From: a virus
Lineage: Duplodnaviria > Heunggongvirae > Uroviricota > Caudoviricetes
Length of the DNA: 64,000 bases
Virus record (IMG/VR): IMGVR_UViG_3300033494_000001
Strand: one strand, 5' to 3'
In this document: piece by piece, positions 25,701-40,500 of the stretch
How the letters are laid out: every line of letters starts with the position of its first letter
Position numbering within the stretch: position 1 is the first letter of the stretch
Program-made: the position numbers and the translations under genes
Notes under the pieces: generated by a model
Told to the model about the DNA's origin: nothing
The model's database searches: none
The model's input: only the letters and a program-made list of their open reading frames with translations

Positions 25701-28692
25701 TCCTGATTATGATAAGGCTAAACTTGATGCTCTTACTTATTTAAATAACACAAAGCGAGAAAATTTATTAGCATATCATCAAAAATCAAATATTATTACT
25801 GGTGATAAAATAATGACGTCTTTAGATAAAGATACTGTTGCTGTAATAGCTGCAAAACTTAAAGAAGATTCTACTAAAACACTTGGAATATTAACTTCCA
25901 ATGGTAAACTTCCTGAAGATTGAAATAAATTATTTACTGAAACAGGAATAATTACTCCATCTGATATGTCTAAAGTAAAGTTTTTTACTCCAGAAAATAT
26001 TCAAGGAAGTGAAGTAGATTATTTTATTTTTGATGCATCGTTAATAAAACCTTACGACAAACTTAGAGACAATTTAAAAGCTTTTTATACTTATATATCC
26101 CGTTCTAAAGTTGCTTCAATTATTGTTGATAATGAAGAGTTACTGAAAAAATGACATATTGAAAATGGACCAATGGATGCATATTCAGTGCCATTTGAAT
26201 TTTTAACTAAATCAGTAATTGACACAGCTAAAAAACAAAAAATAGAAGATATTGTTAAATTATTAGGAGAAAATCCAACTCCATCTTCTGATGATAATTT
26301 TAAATGAAAAATAGGCATTACTAAAAAAGAAGAACTTGGTGAAGAAGTTGTTATTGGTGGACGATATGTAACACCTGACCCAACTTATGATAAAGGAACA
26401 GTTTATAAAAATTCCACGGAAGAAAATAAATTAGAAAACGATGCTTTAAAAGATGGATTTAAAATAATGGCTCATAGCTTTTATAATAATCCAGGAGCTG
26501 AATTATCTGATGATAAATCTTCTTTAATTGTTAATCCTGGTGATACTCCATTTGATTTAAATGTAAGTAAATCATTAGCTGGTGATGAAGTAAAAGAAGT
26601 TGTAAATGGTTGAGGAAAATTAAAAAATCATCTTTTGCATAAAAATGTTGAATATATTCTTCCAAATGAATTTGATGAATTTATAAAATATGCTTTTCCT
26701 AATACATCTTCACTTGAGAATATTGAAGTTGAACGAGTAATCACTGTTTCTACTTATAAAGAAACTATTAATAATACTCATAGTAAAATTGGATTTGATA
26801 AAACAAAAACTTTAAAAAATGGAGATTTATTTATTAATATTTCTGCTAAATTAACTTATGGAAATAAAATACATTATATTACCTTAGCTAGTTTTGCAAC
26901 TCTTGAAGAAATAGCCAAAAAAGCTAAAGAATATAATGTTGATATTAAAGAGGTTGAAAAACGATGGATAGAATTAGAAAGCCAATTAGAAAAGTCTGAT
27001 AATAATTTTATTGAACTTAAAATTGAAGATCCGAATAGCATAAGTTTTATAACAGGAACTCGATTAGAAAAGTTACCTGAAACTGCATCACCTCATACAT
27101 TAGCTTCTTTAAAAGAAAAATTTCCTGGATTACATGTAAGCAATATCAAATTTTATCCAAATGATTACAATGATTTTAAAAATTTACTAAGTAAATATAC
27201 TTTTGGGCCAGAACGTTCTGAAGAAACTATGAGTCGAATGTTTTATGGATATACAGAAGAGGATAAAAAAGGAAAGAAAACTACATATTCAGGTCTAAAA
27301 AATAAACCATATATTATTGTTTCATTTAAAGATGATTTAGATGGAGGTTCTGAAAATATTATTCATGCAAAATTAATTCCGATAACCTCTAATAAACGCA
27401 GTATTACTACTTTAACTAAAGAGGTAGACAAAATTTTAGACGAAAGAGCTAATAAAATTAGTGTTGCTTCAAAGGAAGGTAAAAAAGGAAGTCAAGTATT
27501 TGACAACGATTTAAATGCAAAAGCAGAAATTCTTTTAAATAGATCGGATATTTTAGATACTTTAATCTTTTGAGAAACTAAAGACTCAGGAGAGGCAGAA
27601 GGAGGTTCTTTATTAGATTTATTTAATAAAAAAATAGAATTTAGTTTAGAAAATCAAGTATCAGGTAATACCACATCGGTATTTGAAGTGTTTAGTAGAT
27701 TTAAAACTGATAAAGGCTTAGATTCAGAATTTAGTCGTGTTATAACAGAAGTTAAAAAATCTGTTAAAAATCATACTAAAGATGGTAAACTTGATTTTAT
27801 AAATGCAAAGAAAGAATTACTTGCAAATATAAAGGGTATTAAAGGATGGCATTGAACATTTTTTAATTTATTTGGGTATGAAAAAATCATTGATGAAGCT
27901 GCTACAAATGAATTGGCACAAATGGTTGCAAAGAATCTTTCTACTGATGAATTGCTTGAAAAATTTAATGCTTCTGAAGGTCGAAATGAAATGATTAGAA
28001 TTATTGAAAAATTATTAAATCATATTAAATCTAAAAAATTCTATTATTCTATTCCAATTAAACCTGCGGCAGTTGTTGGAGGTCCAGTTCAAGCAAATTC
28101 TTTTATTAGTGGAGAAAATGGTTGAAATGAAGACAATTTTGGAGATAAGTTTTTTATTGGAATTACTCCTGAAAGTGGGAGACTTTTATTTGATTTACAA
28201 GAATTTTTAAAATCAAATATTATTCAACTTATTAAAAATACTCCAGGTCCAGTAGTTAAAACAACTCCAACTGAAGAAACTGAAGAAACTGAAGTAGAAG
28301 AAGTTATAGTTCCTGAAGAAGTTGTAGTTTCCACTATAGATGAAGATATTCCAATCATTGATATATCTACTGAAGAAATTATTAATAACTTTATGTTAAG
28401 TAATTTTAAAAACTCTTCTGATGTAATAAAAACAGCTATAACTAATTTATTACATTTAAAAAAGGATTTAGTTCAAGATATTTTTGCAGATTCATTGATT
28501 TTATTAGAATCTGAAAGTTTTATAAAATCAGATGAAAAGAATAAATTAAAAGCCATTATTAATAGTTTTGGATTTACTATTGAAAACAATGTAATTACTC
28601 GTGATAATATACAACAAGTTACAGGAATTACTGAAGCTAAACAGTTAAAATCTATTAGAAATGATATTCAAGAATTACTAAAAAAATGTTAA
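19777..28692 (+). CDS. Giant virion protein with SF1 (RecD/UvrD-like) helicase/P-loop domain, 2971 aa, TGA=Trp
   Basis: One frame through about 22 TGA to TAA 28690-28692. Walker A GGSGTGKT (25000-25023), Ia VWISAP, Walker B LLIDE (25381-25395), III GAGDTTQL, V TPENIQGSE, VI YTYISRSK. Confidence 0.75.
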
Positions 28693-28707
28693 TAAATACA
28701 AACTACA

Positions 28708-31700
28708 ATGAGTAAATGTAATATAGATTACATCAGTCAAATAATAAATGCTATTGACGACTATTTTTCCGAAAACAAAGACGGAAATTTAGAGAATTTA
28801 GAATTGTATGTGAAAGAAGAAGTCCCCCGATTAGAGGGGGACTTTTCTCTTGATACATACTTTGTAAATTCACAAGAATTTAAAAATCAGTTTAATACAG
28901 TTCTTAAATCCTATGGATTAGTATTATCTAGTTTTGTAAAAGATTTAGATTCAAAAGAAGTACATACAAAAAGTAATATTACTCAGAATTTTTCTTCTGG
29001 AAATATAGCAAGTCTATTTCATACTTTACCATTAGTACGATCAAATTTTGAAAGAATATCTACTGAAAAAATCCTTAATTCTATTTTTATTGGAAGTAAA
29101 GATGATATAAACTTTGTTCAAAATAATAGTGAAATAACAAATAATATTTCAAAATTAAAATCTGAGTTATTTGAAGATATTCAGAAATTTTTAATTAAAA
29201 ATAATGTATTAGTTGGAGAAGTTAAACCTTTGTATAATAGTCACTATGATGTTGTAGATTATGCTTATTATCAAAGAGTTATGGGCCTATTAGATGCGTA
29301 TTTTTTCTCAGGCAAGATATTTAAATTGATTAAGACTTACTCGAATAAACGAGGTATTCCTAATTTATCTTTAAATACAATTAGTAATGAAGAAATTTTT
29401 GATGCTTATAATGCCGGGATATTACTGTCTAATTTTGACACAGTATTAGCGGAACAATTTTCCGGAATTATTAATATCAACTATAATTTATTTAATAATT
29501 TAAGAAGTAGTATAGATAAAGAAGATAAATATACTTTAAAAATTCAAGGATTAAAAACTGAATATTGGCAAAACGATAGTCATGAAGATGAAGGTTCTGA
29601 AAATTCAGAAAGTAAATTAGTTAAATTGTTAGTTTCAACTATTCCTTATTTAAATAAAGAGGGAAAAGATGTTGGAATACAAATGGAAATGAAAGATTTT
29701 TATCTATTTGCAGCTATGATAAGTGATTTTGAAACTATATATGGCGTACATTTAAAACATGATAAATCTTTAAAGTTTAGATATTTAAATGAAAATCCAA
29801 AGGAAGTTCTTTTATGATATTTAGATGAAATTGAAAAAGCAATTCAACATAAGCCAAATGCAATAGGTCCTCTTGAAAATGTATTTCAAAAGAATTTTGA
29901 ATTTGCATTATCTTTAAAAAAGTATATTAATTCTGATAAATTAAATATTTTAGAAAAAGAGAAAAATTCAAAGGAATCATTAATTACAATGTTTGCACAA
30001 ATTATTAATAATAACTTTGGTGCTTCTTACTCACGATATGATTTTACAGGAGAATATACTATTAATCAAATGTATAGTCAAAACTTTAATAATATTGCTG
30101 TACAAAATACAACATTTAACTATTTATCAAAATTAGTTAAATCAAGTAGATTTGAAGAAAAAATTTATAAAAAAGAATTATCGGATATATTAAATGCTTT
30201 TAATGAAAATGATTTAAGTAAAATTAATATCAAAGATAAAGTAAATATTGTTAATTATATAAAATCAAAATCTGGAATTAAAATTTCATATTTAGGATTT
30301 GACAAATTAATTCAAGTTTTAAAACCAACAAGTAAAAAAGAATTTGAGAATTGATTAATTAGCTTTACTGATAAATTAGGTAAAGATCATAGTATTATTC
30401 AAGCACTAGATGATGAGACAACTAAAAATATCTCAGGAGATGCATCTATTACGAAATATATGCCAAATATATTAGATGATGCAGTTTATAAAACTGTAAC
30501 TGATGCATATTTATTAAATTATATCATGAAACCAGTAATGAATATTACTACTTATGATAATAAAAAACTTCCCACTTTTAAAGTTGCAACACTAACTCAA
30601 AAAGATTCAGAATTATTTGAATTACAAAGAAATTTTGAATTAGATAATGCTAAGAATACTTCTTTTAGAAGTCTTTTAACAAAACAATACTCATTAGAGA
30701 AAAACACTTCGCAAAATAATTTATTTCCATGTGTAATTCTTGGAACTGGTACTAAATTAGAATTAACAAATGAAGATGGAGGTAAAAGTGCAACTAAATT
30801 TAATGTTTCTGAAAACTTTACATCGGATTTTCAATTTGATTTCTTACAGAATATTTTAGACAATAATAGATTTTCTATAATGTTAGGAAACTATTCTGAT
30901 AAAAATACTATTCTTACAAAGATTATTAATGGATTAATTAAATTAGATGGAAATACGCCATTAATTCAAATGCCTGTTACAAAAATATTAAAATATGTAC
31001 AAGATCAAGGTCAAACATATTACAAAGATACTTTATTTAAAGTATTTGACGATTATGAAAAATTGTTAGGTATAAAATTGTCTATGAAAACGGTACCTGA
31101 AGAGAATATTAAAAAAATTAATGAAGCACTTAATAAAATTAATGTGCGTAGTTTATCTCAAAAAGCTTCTCAATTAGGAATTAATTTAACCGAAGAACTT
31201 CATTATTCTAAATACTTTATAAAAGACGAAACAACTGGTAAATTTAAACAAATCTATGGATTAAATCAATTACTTGTAGATAACTTTAGGATATTTAATA
31301 ATCCTAAATTATTTGGGGAATTTGTTAAATTGCAGGAAGAAAACATGATTAATAAGTTTAAAGAATTTAATAAGAATGTTAATGGAGGGAAAGAAATTAC
31401 TTTTGCGGGCAGTCCAAAGTTTGAAGAAATAATTAAGAAATTAGGAATTTCTAAAGAAGAATTTACAAAAAAAGGTACTGAAACTAATTATCGAGATTTA
31501 TTAGGAGCTAATGGAATTAATCCACTTTTAAAAAAATGGATGTGATTAAACGCTTTAATGAGAAATGAATATATGTTTATTTCTGCAAAAGGTGAATATA
31601 TGCATCCTCATAAATTAAAAGAAAATCTATTATATAGAGGTGATTCAAAGGAAGTAAATTGGGTCGATTATGAAAAAGAAATGAGTGGTCGTATGATTAG

Positions 31701-34700
31701 TATGGCTAAGCGTAATGTTTTATATACTGCTACAATTGAAGTTCCTGTAAGAAAATCAGCAATGGGTATTCCCGAGAATGTAAATATGGCTGCAATTGAT
31801 GATCATCAAGATATGCTGTATAATTTATCAGGAGATACTCATAAACAAGACGTACATGATGGTTCTACTTTTATTCCTTATATTTATAACTTAATGTTAG
31901 ATAATTCATTTCCTGCCAAAGGATATGAAGGAACTAAAAAACAGTTTGGATCATTAATTACAAAACATGGAGTTGTTGTTAAAAAAGATGCTGAAAGTGA
32001 AATTAATAATGCAAATATATTAAATTCTAGACGTTCAAATATTAATTTTTATAATAAACAAAAACAAGTTTTAGGAAGTATACTCATAAAGGATTTAAAA
32101 TTTTCTTTTGAACAATCATTAGATGATTTTTATTATAATCATTTAGGAGATTTATTTAAAATTAATAAATTAACTATAAAGAATAATTCTTATGAAATGA
32201 TTGTTTCTAAAAAAGTTAACAATCAATGATTATTAGAACCTAATATTATTAGGGGAAATTTTGAAACACTCTTCGATTTGTGAAAACTATTTGGAGCACA
32301 ACATTCTACAAATGAACATGGAGATTTTAATGAAGGTTCAAATGATTTATTATATAAACTTATAACTACTAAAGATAACAGTGGAGCCTATTCTTTAAAA
32401 GATAAAATGATTCATATTATTTCTAATCTTTCTGCATTAAAAGCTGGAGGAACTAATGTAAATAGTAAAGATTCATGAACCAATGATAAGAATTTAGCTT
32501 ATTTTACATTTGAAAATAGAATGATGGGTCCACAGTTAGATGCAACCCATGAAGCAAATGAGTCTCAAATTAAGGAGGTTACTCAGGTAATTTCGGCATT
32601 AGCACAAAATGCATCTACATCTTATTTAGCTTTAGAAGCATATCAAAACATTGCAAATGTAATTGAAAACGCAATGCGTCCATATCTAAAATACTTAGCA
32701 AATTCTGAAAATATAAATAATTCCGATTTGTACAAGTATCTTTCTGATAAGTTTGTGAAAACAATTTCTAATTCTAAAGGAGATACAATTGCTAAGATAT
32801 TAGTAGAATCATTTAAAGATGATGTAAATATTCCATTTAGTAATCAAAATTTCTTTGTCGCTTTTGTACGTGATGTAATTACTCGAATGAATAATGAATT
32901 TATAACTCGTTACTATTCAGGTACTGGAGCCGTACTTATTCCTTCACATGGAATTATTCAATTATATGATATTCCTCAAGCTGATGGAACAACAAGAATT
33001 GTTACACAAGGAGATTTAGCTAAAGAAGCACTTAATAACTATGATAAAACTTTAGGATTAACAACAAATGATGATATTATTACTAATTATATTAGTAATT
33101 TATTACAACCTTTACCTACTACTTGAGATAAAATTCAATTAGGAGATACTATTCAATTAGAAATGACTCCGGAATTACAAGCAGAAATTGAAGTTGAGCA
33201 AGAAAAATTAGGAGAAGCATGAGATTATATGACTGCAGAACAAAGTAAGGACATGATGAATTCAATTGTAGATCGTGTAATGATTAAAACATTATTTAAT
33301 CCTGGATTATATTATAAATATAAAGGAACTAAAACTAGTGAACCAATAACTAAAATTATAAATAAACCAAGAGATTTAAAACCTTCTGAAATTACATATG
33401 TAGTTAATGGAATTCAAAAAAATGTATTTGACTTTGATTCTGTACGTTTAAGATATAAATTAAATGAAATTATTGATGATTTAAAAAATAGAAAAGTAAT
33501 TGATCAAACATCTACAGATTATATTATTTTATCTAATTTCTTTAAAGATTTTACAGGATTTGATTTATTTATTAGTTTAACTACTAAATTAGAAGAAACA
33601 GCTAAATTATTAAACACTTTATTAAATAAATGGACTCAAAGAAACTTAGAGTTATTAGAAACTAATAGAGTAATGAATCCTGTTGATATTACAACCAAAT
33701 TTAATAATAAAGTAGGTTTATTTAAAACTGATAATTTCAATGCAATATTTTCTGATGTGCAACAATTATATGATGATTCTAATAGTTCATTAATTACAAA
33801 TTATAAATTTAATGCAGCTGAATTAATTTTAGGAGATATTTATCAATCTAAATTTAATCGTAACTTTGAGGATTCAATGTATGAAATTAAACAGCAAGGT
33901 TCTGCATATTTTGAGAAATTATTAGAAAAAGATTTTCATGATGATAGTACAGTTGCTGATATTAAATTATATTTAAACAATTATGATTCTCCAATATATG
34001 TTAAATACACTGATAATCTTCCTGGAAATGATTATAGTTTAAATATTACTCTAGAACATCCAATGGAAGAGGATGGAGTTAATCAACGTTTTGTTAGAAG
34101 AAATCAAAAAGGAGAGATTCTATATACAATCCCTGATACTAAAAATGTAAGTATAAGGATGGAAAATGGAAAAGAAGTTATTTATATTAAAGCAGTTGCA
34201 TCATTTAAATTAGGAAAAGAAACTCATACTAATAAAGTTAAAGATTTTGATCAAAATTTAAAAGATTTAATTAAATCATTTAAAGGAAATATTAGAAGTT
34301 TTATTCCTTTAATGAATAACAAATTTGATTTGTTTGAAGAAGTAGAGGATACAGAAACAGCTGCAAAAATAGCAGAAAGAAAAACTGAAAAAGTAGCTGC
34401 CCCATCATTTAAATCTAGACGAATTAGTTTTAATAGTTTAACTTTACAGGAGTTTTCAAAGTTTTCTGGTTATTCTATTGGAGATAAATCTATAAAGGAT
34501 AAATGATTTTTGTTAAATAAAAATAGTATTATTTCTCAATTAGGTAAAAAAATGTATGCCTCTTGAGAAAAATCTCATGAATTTGTAGCTGCTCGTATTC
34601 CATCACAATCTATGCAATCGTTTATGGAAATGAAAAATGTAGCATACCTTAAAACGAAATCAAATGATGCTTATGTATCTATCTGACAAATTTGATTACA

Positions 34701-37584
34701 AGGTTCTGACTTTGATATTGATAAAGCATATATTTTAGGAAGTAGTTTCTCAGGTAATGGACAATTTAATACCTGAGGATCTATTGATAATTATTCATCT
34801 ATTGAACAATTACATGAGTTAGAAAAACTACCTTTACCAAATGCTACAATTGTAGAATTAGTTGAAGGAGGGCTAGATTTAACAGAGGATTTTATTAAAT
34901 TTTATGCTAATCCTTCATTAGCATTTAATGAATTTTCAGCAGAACAATTAAAAGTTTTGAATACAATTTTGCGAAAAATTAATAATGTAAATGTTAAACA
35001 ATTATCAGAAAAAAATCATCCTCCTATTACTACAGGAATTTCAATTAATGGCAATGAAGAGTTATTAAAAGGATTTGTTGTTATATTAAACAATTTTAAT
35101 AAAAATAAAAAACATTTATATAATAATGAATCATTAAAAAATCTTACAGCGTCCACAATTAAACAAGTTATTTCATCACCAAGTAATTATTTATTAGCAA
35201 ATACACCAATTAATATTGATGATTGGCACCAAGCTGCTAAAGAAGCTTTAAGTAAAAAGACTAAACCTCCAACGATTTTATCTATGTATGATATGTTTAG
35301 TATGTATAAACAACAACGAGATGCTGCAGTTGGTAAAGATGATGTAGGTATTGCAGCAAATGGATTAAAAGCATTTTTTGCATTAAGTACATATTATAAT
35401 AGTTATTTTAATAACTTCTTTGAAAATAAAGCTGATGCTTTACGACAGAGTAATAAAACATTTTCAAAACAATTCAATTTTATTAATAACGGTGTAGTAA
35501 CACCTTATAAACTTGGAATGATTGCGGATGTGAATATTCAACAAAAACAAATTACATCTTTACAAAAATCTATTGGAGATTTTGAATTAAGAAGAACTAA
35601 TGCTGCCTTAGCTTTATCTGGTTTTACTAGTGCTGCTACCGATAATGCAAAAGAGTTACTTATGGCTAAAATTAATGCAAATGTTGAATTAGCATCTATG
35701 CATATTTATTTGATGATTCTTGGATTTACTCCTACACAAGTTGCAAATATTATGACTAATGATGTTATGGAAGATGTTATTGATGCATTGGAAGTAAATG
35801 CTTTTTTTAATCCTAAAAAACCAGTAGTAGCTACTATTTTTACTAAATTGATTAAAGAATACGGTGATGAAAATCCTGAAAAGGTCCAAAATGCTAAAAC
35901 ATTAAAAGAAATTTTTCAAGGGGCACAAGAAGTTAAAGTATTAGCTAAATTTTTATCTGTTAACCAAAAAACATCAGCAAATATTCAAGAAATTAACAAA
36001 TATTTATCTAACTTTGAAACAGCGGTTTATGCAAGAGAAAATCATGTATTTTCAAATAACGTTGCTGATTTAAATTTTTGAATGAATAATAAGGATTCAA
36101 AAGATTTAGTTAAAGTAGCAGAAGCTAATACTAAATTAGATAAATTAATTGGATTAATTTTTAAATATAATACTTCTTTAGATGCAAGTCTTGATGTAGC
36201 TTATGTAAAAAAGACTTTATTAAAAGCAGGCCAGTTAAATATTATTGGAGGAAATTTTGATTTTCAAATCTATTTTAAACCTGAAAATGTTCTGTATAGA
36301 GAAGCTACTAAAGAGTATTATAATTTAATAAAAAGTACTTTTAATATATTTGATGTAATAGATGATTTGCCTCATTTTAGAGAAATGATTAATGGATTAG
36401 CATTAACACATGAGATTTTATTAAAATCATCTGTTAAATATAATACAGCGTTTTCGTTAATTAAAACTACAATTCGTGAAAATTCTCATCGAATAGTATC
36501 TAATTCTTCAAATATTGTAAATCAATTTGGCAATCCATCATTTTATCCAAAAATTACTGATAATATTATTTCAAAAGGATTAGCAGGAATTGATATTAGA
36601 TTAATTAGTGAATGATTAAAAACTGATGAACTGAAAAAGTATTCATTTAATGTTACTGAATTATTACGAAAAGTAAATAGTATGAACTTTGATGCTGGGT
36701 TAACTAAAATAAATAATTTTAGAGTATATACATCTGATAACGCTCGAAATGCCAAGTATATAAATGATAATTCAATATTAGTTAATGAAACTGATACAGA
36801 AAATACTATTATTACATTAGATACTAATTTTGGAATTGCAAACTTTAAGCGATTAATGGAAAGTATTTTACTTCCAATGTTACAAACTAAATCTAATATA
36901 TTATTAGATTCGTTAAAAGTTCAAACTAATATTAGAAATATTTTAGGAATTAAAACTCAAGGTATTACATCAACATTTCCTTTAAGTGCTATTAATAATG
37001 CTGTAACTAAAGACAAAGCACAGAAATTAATAAAAGCTTTTAATGAATTAGATATTTCTCATGATACAAATACATTAGTAAAAAATACACAAAATAATTT
37101 AGTAAAATGAAGAGATTTATTTTATATCTATAATCTAACATTAAATAATGAGCGTTATGGTGCATTACGTTTAACTCCATTATTTGAGGATTATATTAAA
37201 GAAGAAGATTCTTTAGGTTATGATTATGTAATGTTTTCTTCTAAAATTGATAGTGGAGAATTAAATTTATATGATTTGGAAAAAGAATTATCTCGCGATC
37301 CAGAGTACTTACTTGCTCAACGAAATGAAGATAAATTAAAAATATTAGAACTTAGAAAAAAAATAAAAACAGAATTAGAAAATGATTTACTTTTTTATTC
37401 TTTACATAAACAAGGTTCCTTAGCAATCAAAGGTTTAGGAAGTGAGTTAAATTCTAGTAATGGAGATTTCGTAATTGTTACCTCTATGACAGAAACCCCG
37501 GAAGTTAAAAAAGGATGAGCAGAATTACATGAAGTAATTCAATTGATTAAAAGTAAAGGATTTATAATTAAATTTGAATGTTAA
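28708..37584 (+). CDS. Virion-packaged two-barrel DNA-dependent RNA polymerase (crAss-like, phi14:2 gp66-type), 2958 aa, TGA=Trp
   Basis: One frame through 17 TGA to TAA 37582-37584. Motifs KRN, DVHDG, GPQL, RIP (34594-34602), GSDFDIDK (catalytic DFDID 34708-34722), GKDDVGIAA, ATDNAK. Confidence 0.88.
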
Positions 37585-37587
37585 ATT

Positions 37588-40500
37588 ATGGCAAAATGTA
37601 AATATTTGTTAAAATTACCTAGTGGAGATGTCATAGAACTCTCCACTAGTTTTAATAATCTTGATGGACAAAATCCAAAAATAGATGAGCTTTTCAATAG
37701 CTATAATGCAGAAGAAAACGTTGAGAAAAAAGATAAAATATTAGCCAAATTGGCAGATTTAATTACTGAAGAAACCTCTTTTAAAATACATCAAACAGTT
37801 CTTAAAAATATAATTAAAAAAAGTTCTGAAATTGATAATCTATATCAAACTGTTAATAAATTAATAATAGAATCGGGCACGTATGCAAATATTGAACAAG
37901 CTATTAAAAATTATATTTGAGAGGGAACAAAGAAAGGCGAAGTAAATGAGAAGGTTAAAAGTTTAAAAGCAAAGTTATTAAAGAAAAGAGATTTAAATTA
38001 TTTTAAAGGCTTAGGTGTTGTCGGAGTTTTAGGAACAACAACATTAAAAGAAGAAAAAGATAGAATTAAATCTAAAAATTTAGAAAATTTACAAAATTAT
38101 TTTAATACAGAAATTACAGAAAATCTTCAATTATTATTATCTACGTTAAATGTAAAACATTTTAAAAATAATGATTCGCATTTATTATATTCAGTAAATG
38201 ATTCATTTATAGGAAAAGCTTGAAGTACTGATGATGTTGTTATTTATGAAACAGATGATGATTTATCTTTATTTTTAGGATTATTTAAAAGAGAAGCTAC
38301 TAAAGTAAATATTGAAAGTTTAGTAAGTATTTTAAAAGAAGATAAGACTTTTGATATAAATACATTTGATATTCAAACTTTTTTTCGTGGCACAATTGTA
38401 GAAAATAAAATTATTCCATCTACGTTTGAAAAAATGTTGACTAAAGCTACAGATGCAAAAACTGTATCTCAAATTAATCAGATTTTAACATTAGTAGCTA
38501 AAACAATTAATCCAGATACAGTAGGACTTATTAAGGCTATAAAATCATTATTTTGACAACTACATCCTAATTCATATGGAAAAGATAATTTATTTAAACA
38601 ATTACAAGATATTCAGTTTGTAGAAAATGAATTACAAGTAGAAAAAGAATTTAAGGAAAGACAACTTTCTTTCTTTGAATTAGAAACTACTAATAAAAAT
38701 ATGTATTTTGCTCCATCTGAAACAATTTTCGATAATTTATATGAAAATGCTCTTGAAAATATTATTGTAAATAAAGATATTGTAAAATTTCCGGAAGGTT
38801 CAGAAGGAACATATGGTTTAGTTACAGGTATATATAAACGTCCCAATAATCAAGTTGCAATTTATGGAGTTATTAAAAATTCATTTGGAGAAATTAAATA
38901 TGTTAACAACACATTTAAAGCTGGGGAACTTACTTTTCGTAAGAGAGAAGAGCCAATTGCAGAATATAGAATAGGAGAATCAGGACAATCAGTTTTAAAA
39001 TTAGAAGGAGCTCATATTAAATTAGATACTCCTTTAAGTCATAAAATTATAAAACCTTTTTTAAGTAAAGGTGATACTGTTGGAAATGATTTACTTTTAG
39101 GTATTTATCCTGGTCAATTAACCGTGGAAAAAACATCTGGAAAAGTAACAAAATCTGAACATATATATTATTCTAAAATAAGATCATTCACATCATATAA
39201 ATTACTTGAATTAATTAAAGCCGAAGAAAGATCAAAAACTGATAATTATAAATCTTTTGCTGAAGTTAATAATAGTAATGATTTAACTGCTGGAGATTTA
39301 TTTTTATATCAAGGAAAAACACATAAATTCTATAAAAGTATTTTATTTGTTGATGCAAATAATGTATATTCTTATGTAGAAGATGTCAAAAAAAATCATT
39401 ATATAATTAAAGCTTTTCCAAAAGAAGGCTTACAAGGTATTAGAAATAGTATTCGACATTTAACAGATACTGATATTAGACAAATAAAAAAAGAATCAGA
39501 AAATTTAGGACGTTCTGCTGCAACAATGTCATCATTTCAAGATTCAACATTAGCACAAGAAGGAGACTTTTTTACATTTACAGATAATGGAAAGAAACGA
39601 TTTGGTGAAGTTTTATCCGATAAAAAAATTCTAACATATGATGAAAATCTAAGTGATAGAGTTATTAAATCAATGGATTATATTAAAGAAAATAAATCAG
39701 ATTTACAATTCTTTACAAATCGAAATATTACTTCAAACTATACTTTATTTACAACAAGAGCTAATAGTTGAAAAGTAGAATTTAAAGAAGCCATTGAAGA
39801 TTCTAAATGAGAAGTAGAAGTACGTTATGTTATTCCAAAGACTTTATCAGAAGAAGCTAGAGCTTCAGCTTCTATATTACCAGGAAATTATCTAAATATT
39901 GGACAATATAAAGATATTAATCATATAAATAGTGATGATTTAGATTTTACAAAAGAATTATTAAAAGTTTTAAATCAAAAATCTAATTCAAAGATCTTTG
40001 TTAGAAGAGAAGCTTTACAAGGTCAAGAATCTAATTTATATGAACGTAATTTAACATCTTTAGTAGTAATTCCTGGATTTGCTAAATTAGATTTTCAAAC
40101 AAAATCAGATTTAAATATTATTCAACCTGGAACTTATTTTGCACTACAACATAAAACTAATAAAGATTGAATTGATAGAAACATTTATCGAATTATAAGT
40201 GTAGATGGAGATATTGTTAAAGCACATCTTAATAAATTCTCGCCTGAAGGTAAAATAATTACACATGAAATAACGTTATCCGCAGAGGAATTATTGAAAG
40301 AAAGAATAGCAAAATTATATTTACAAGTAGGTAATACAAAAATAAAACCAGCTTTTAAAGAAGCCAATAAATTAGTTGAAAATAAAGTAGAAAATCGAAC
40401 TAAAACAAATAAAGCTATTAATTTATTAATTGATTCATTTAAGCAATATACTAAAGACTTAAACATTCCAATTAAATTAATTTCGCATTCATCTATATTT

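Noticed and set aside
28270-28296. ACTGAAGAA tandem repeat
   Set aside because: Short in-frame TEE repeat in an acidic linker. Not a CRISPR or regulatory array.
10100-36084. TGA-ATG junctions (10100, 12154, 16291, 36079) as deliberate stop/restart sites
   Set aside because: Explained as Trp-Met dipeptides. The DUF192 case is the family-conserved WM.
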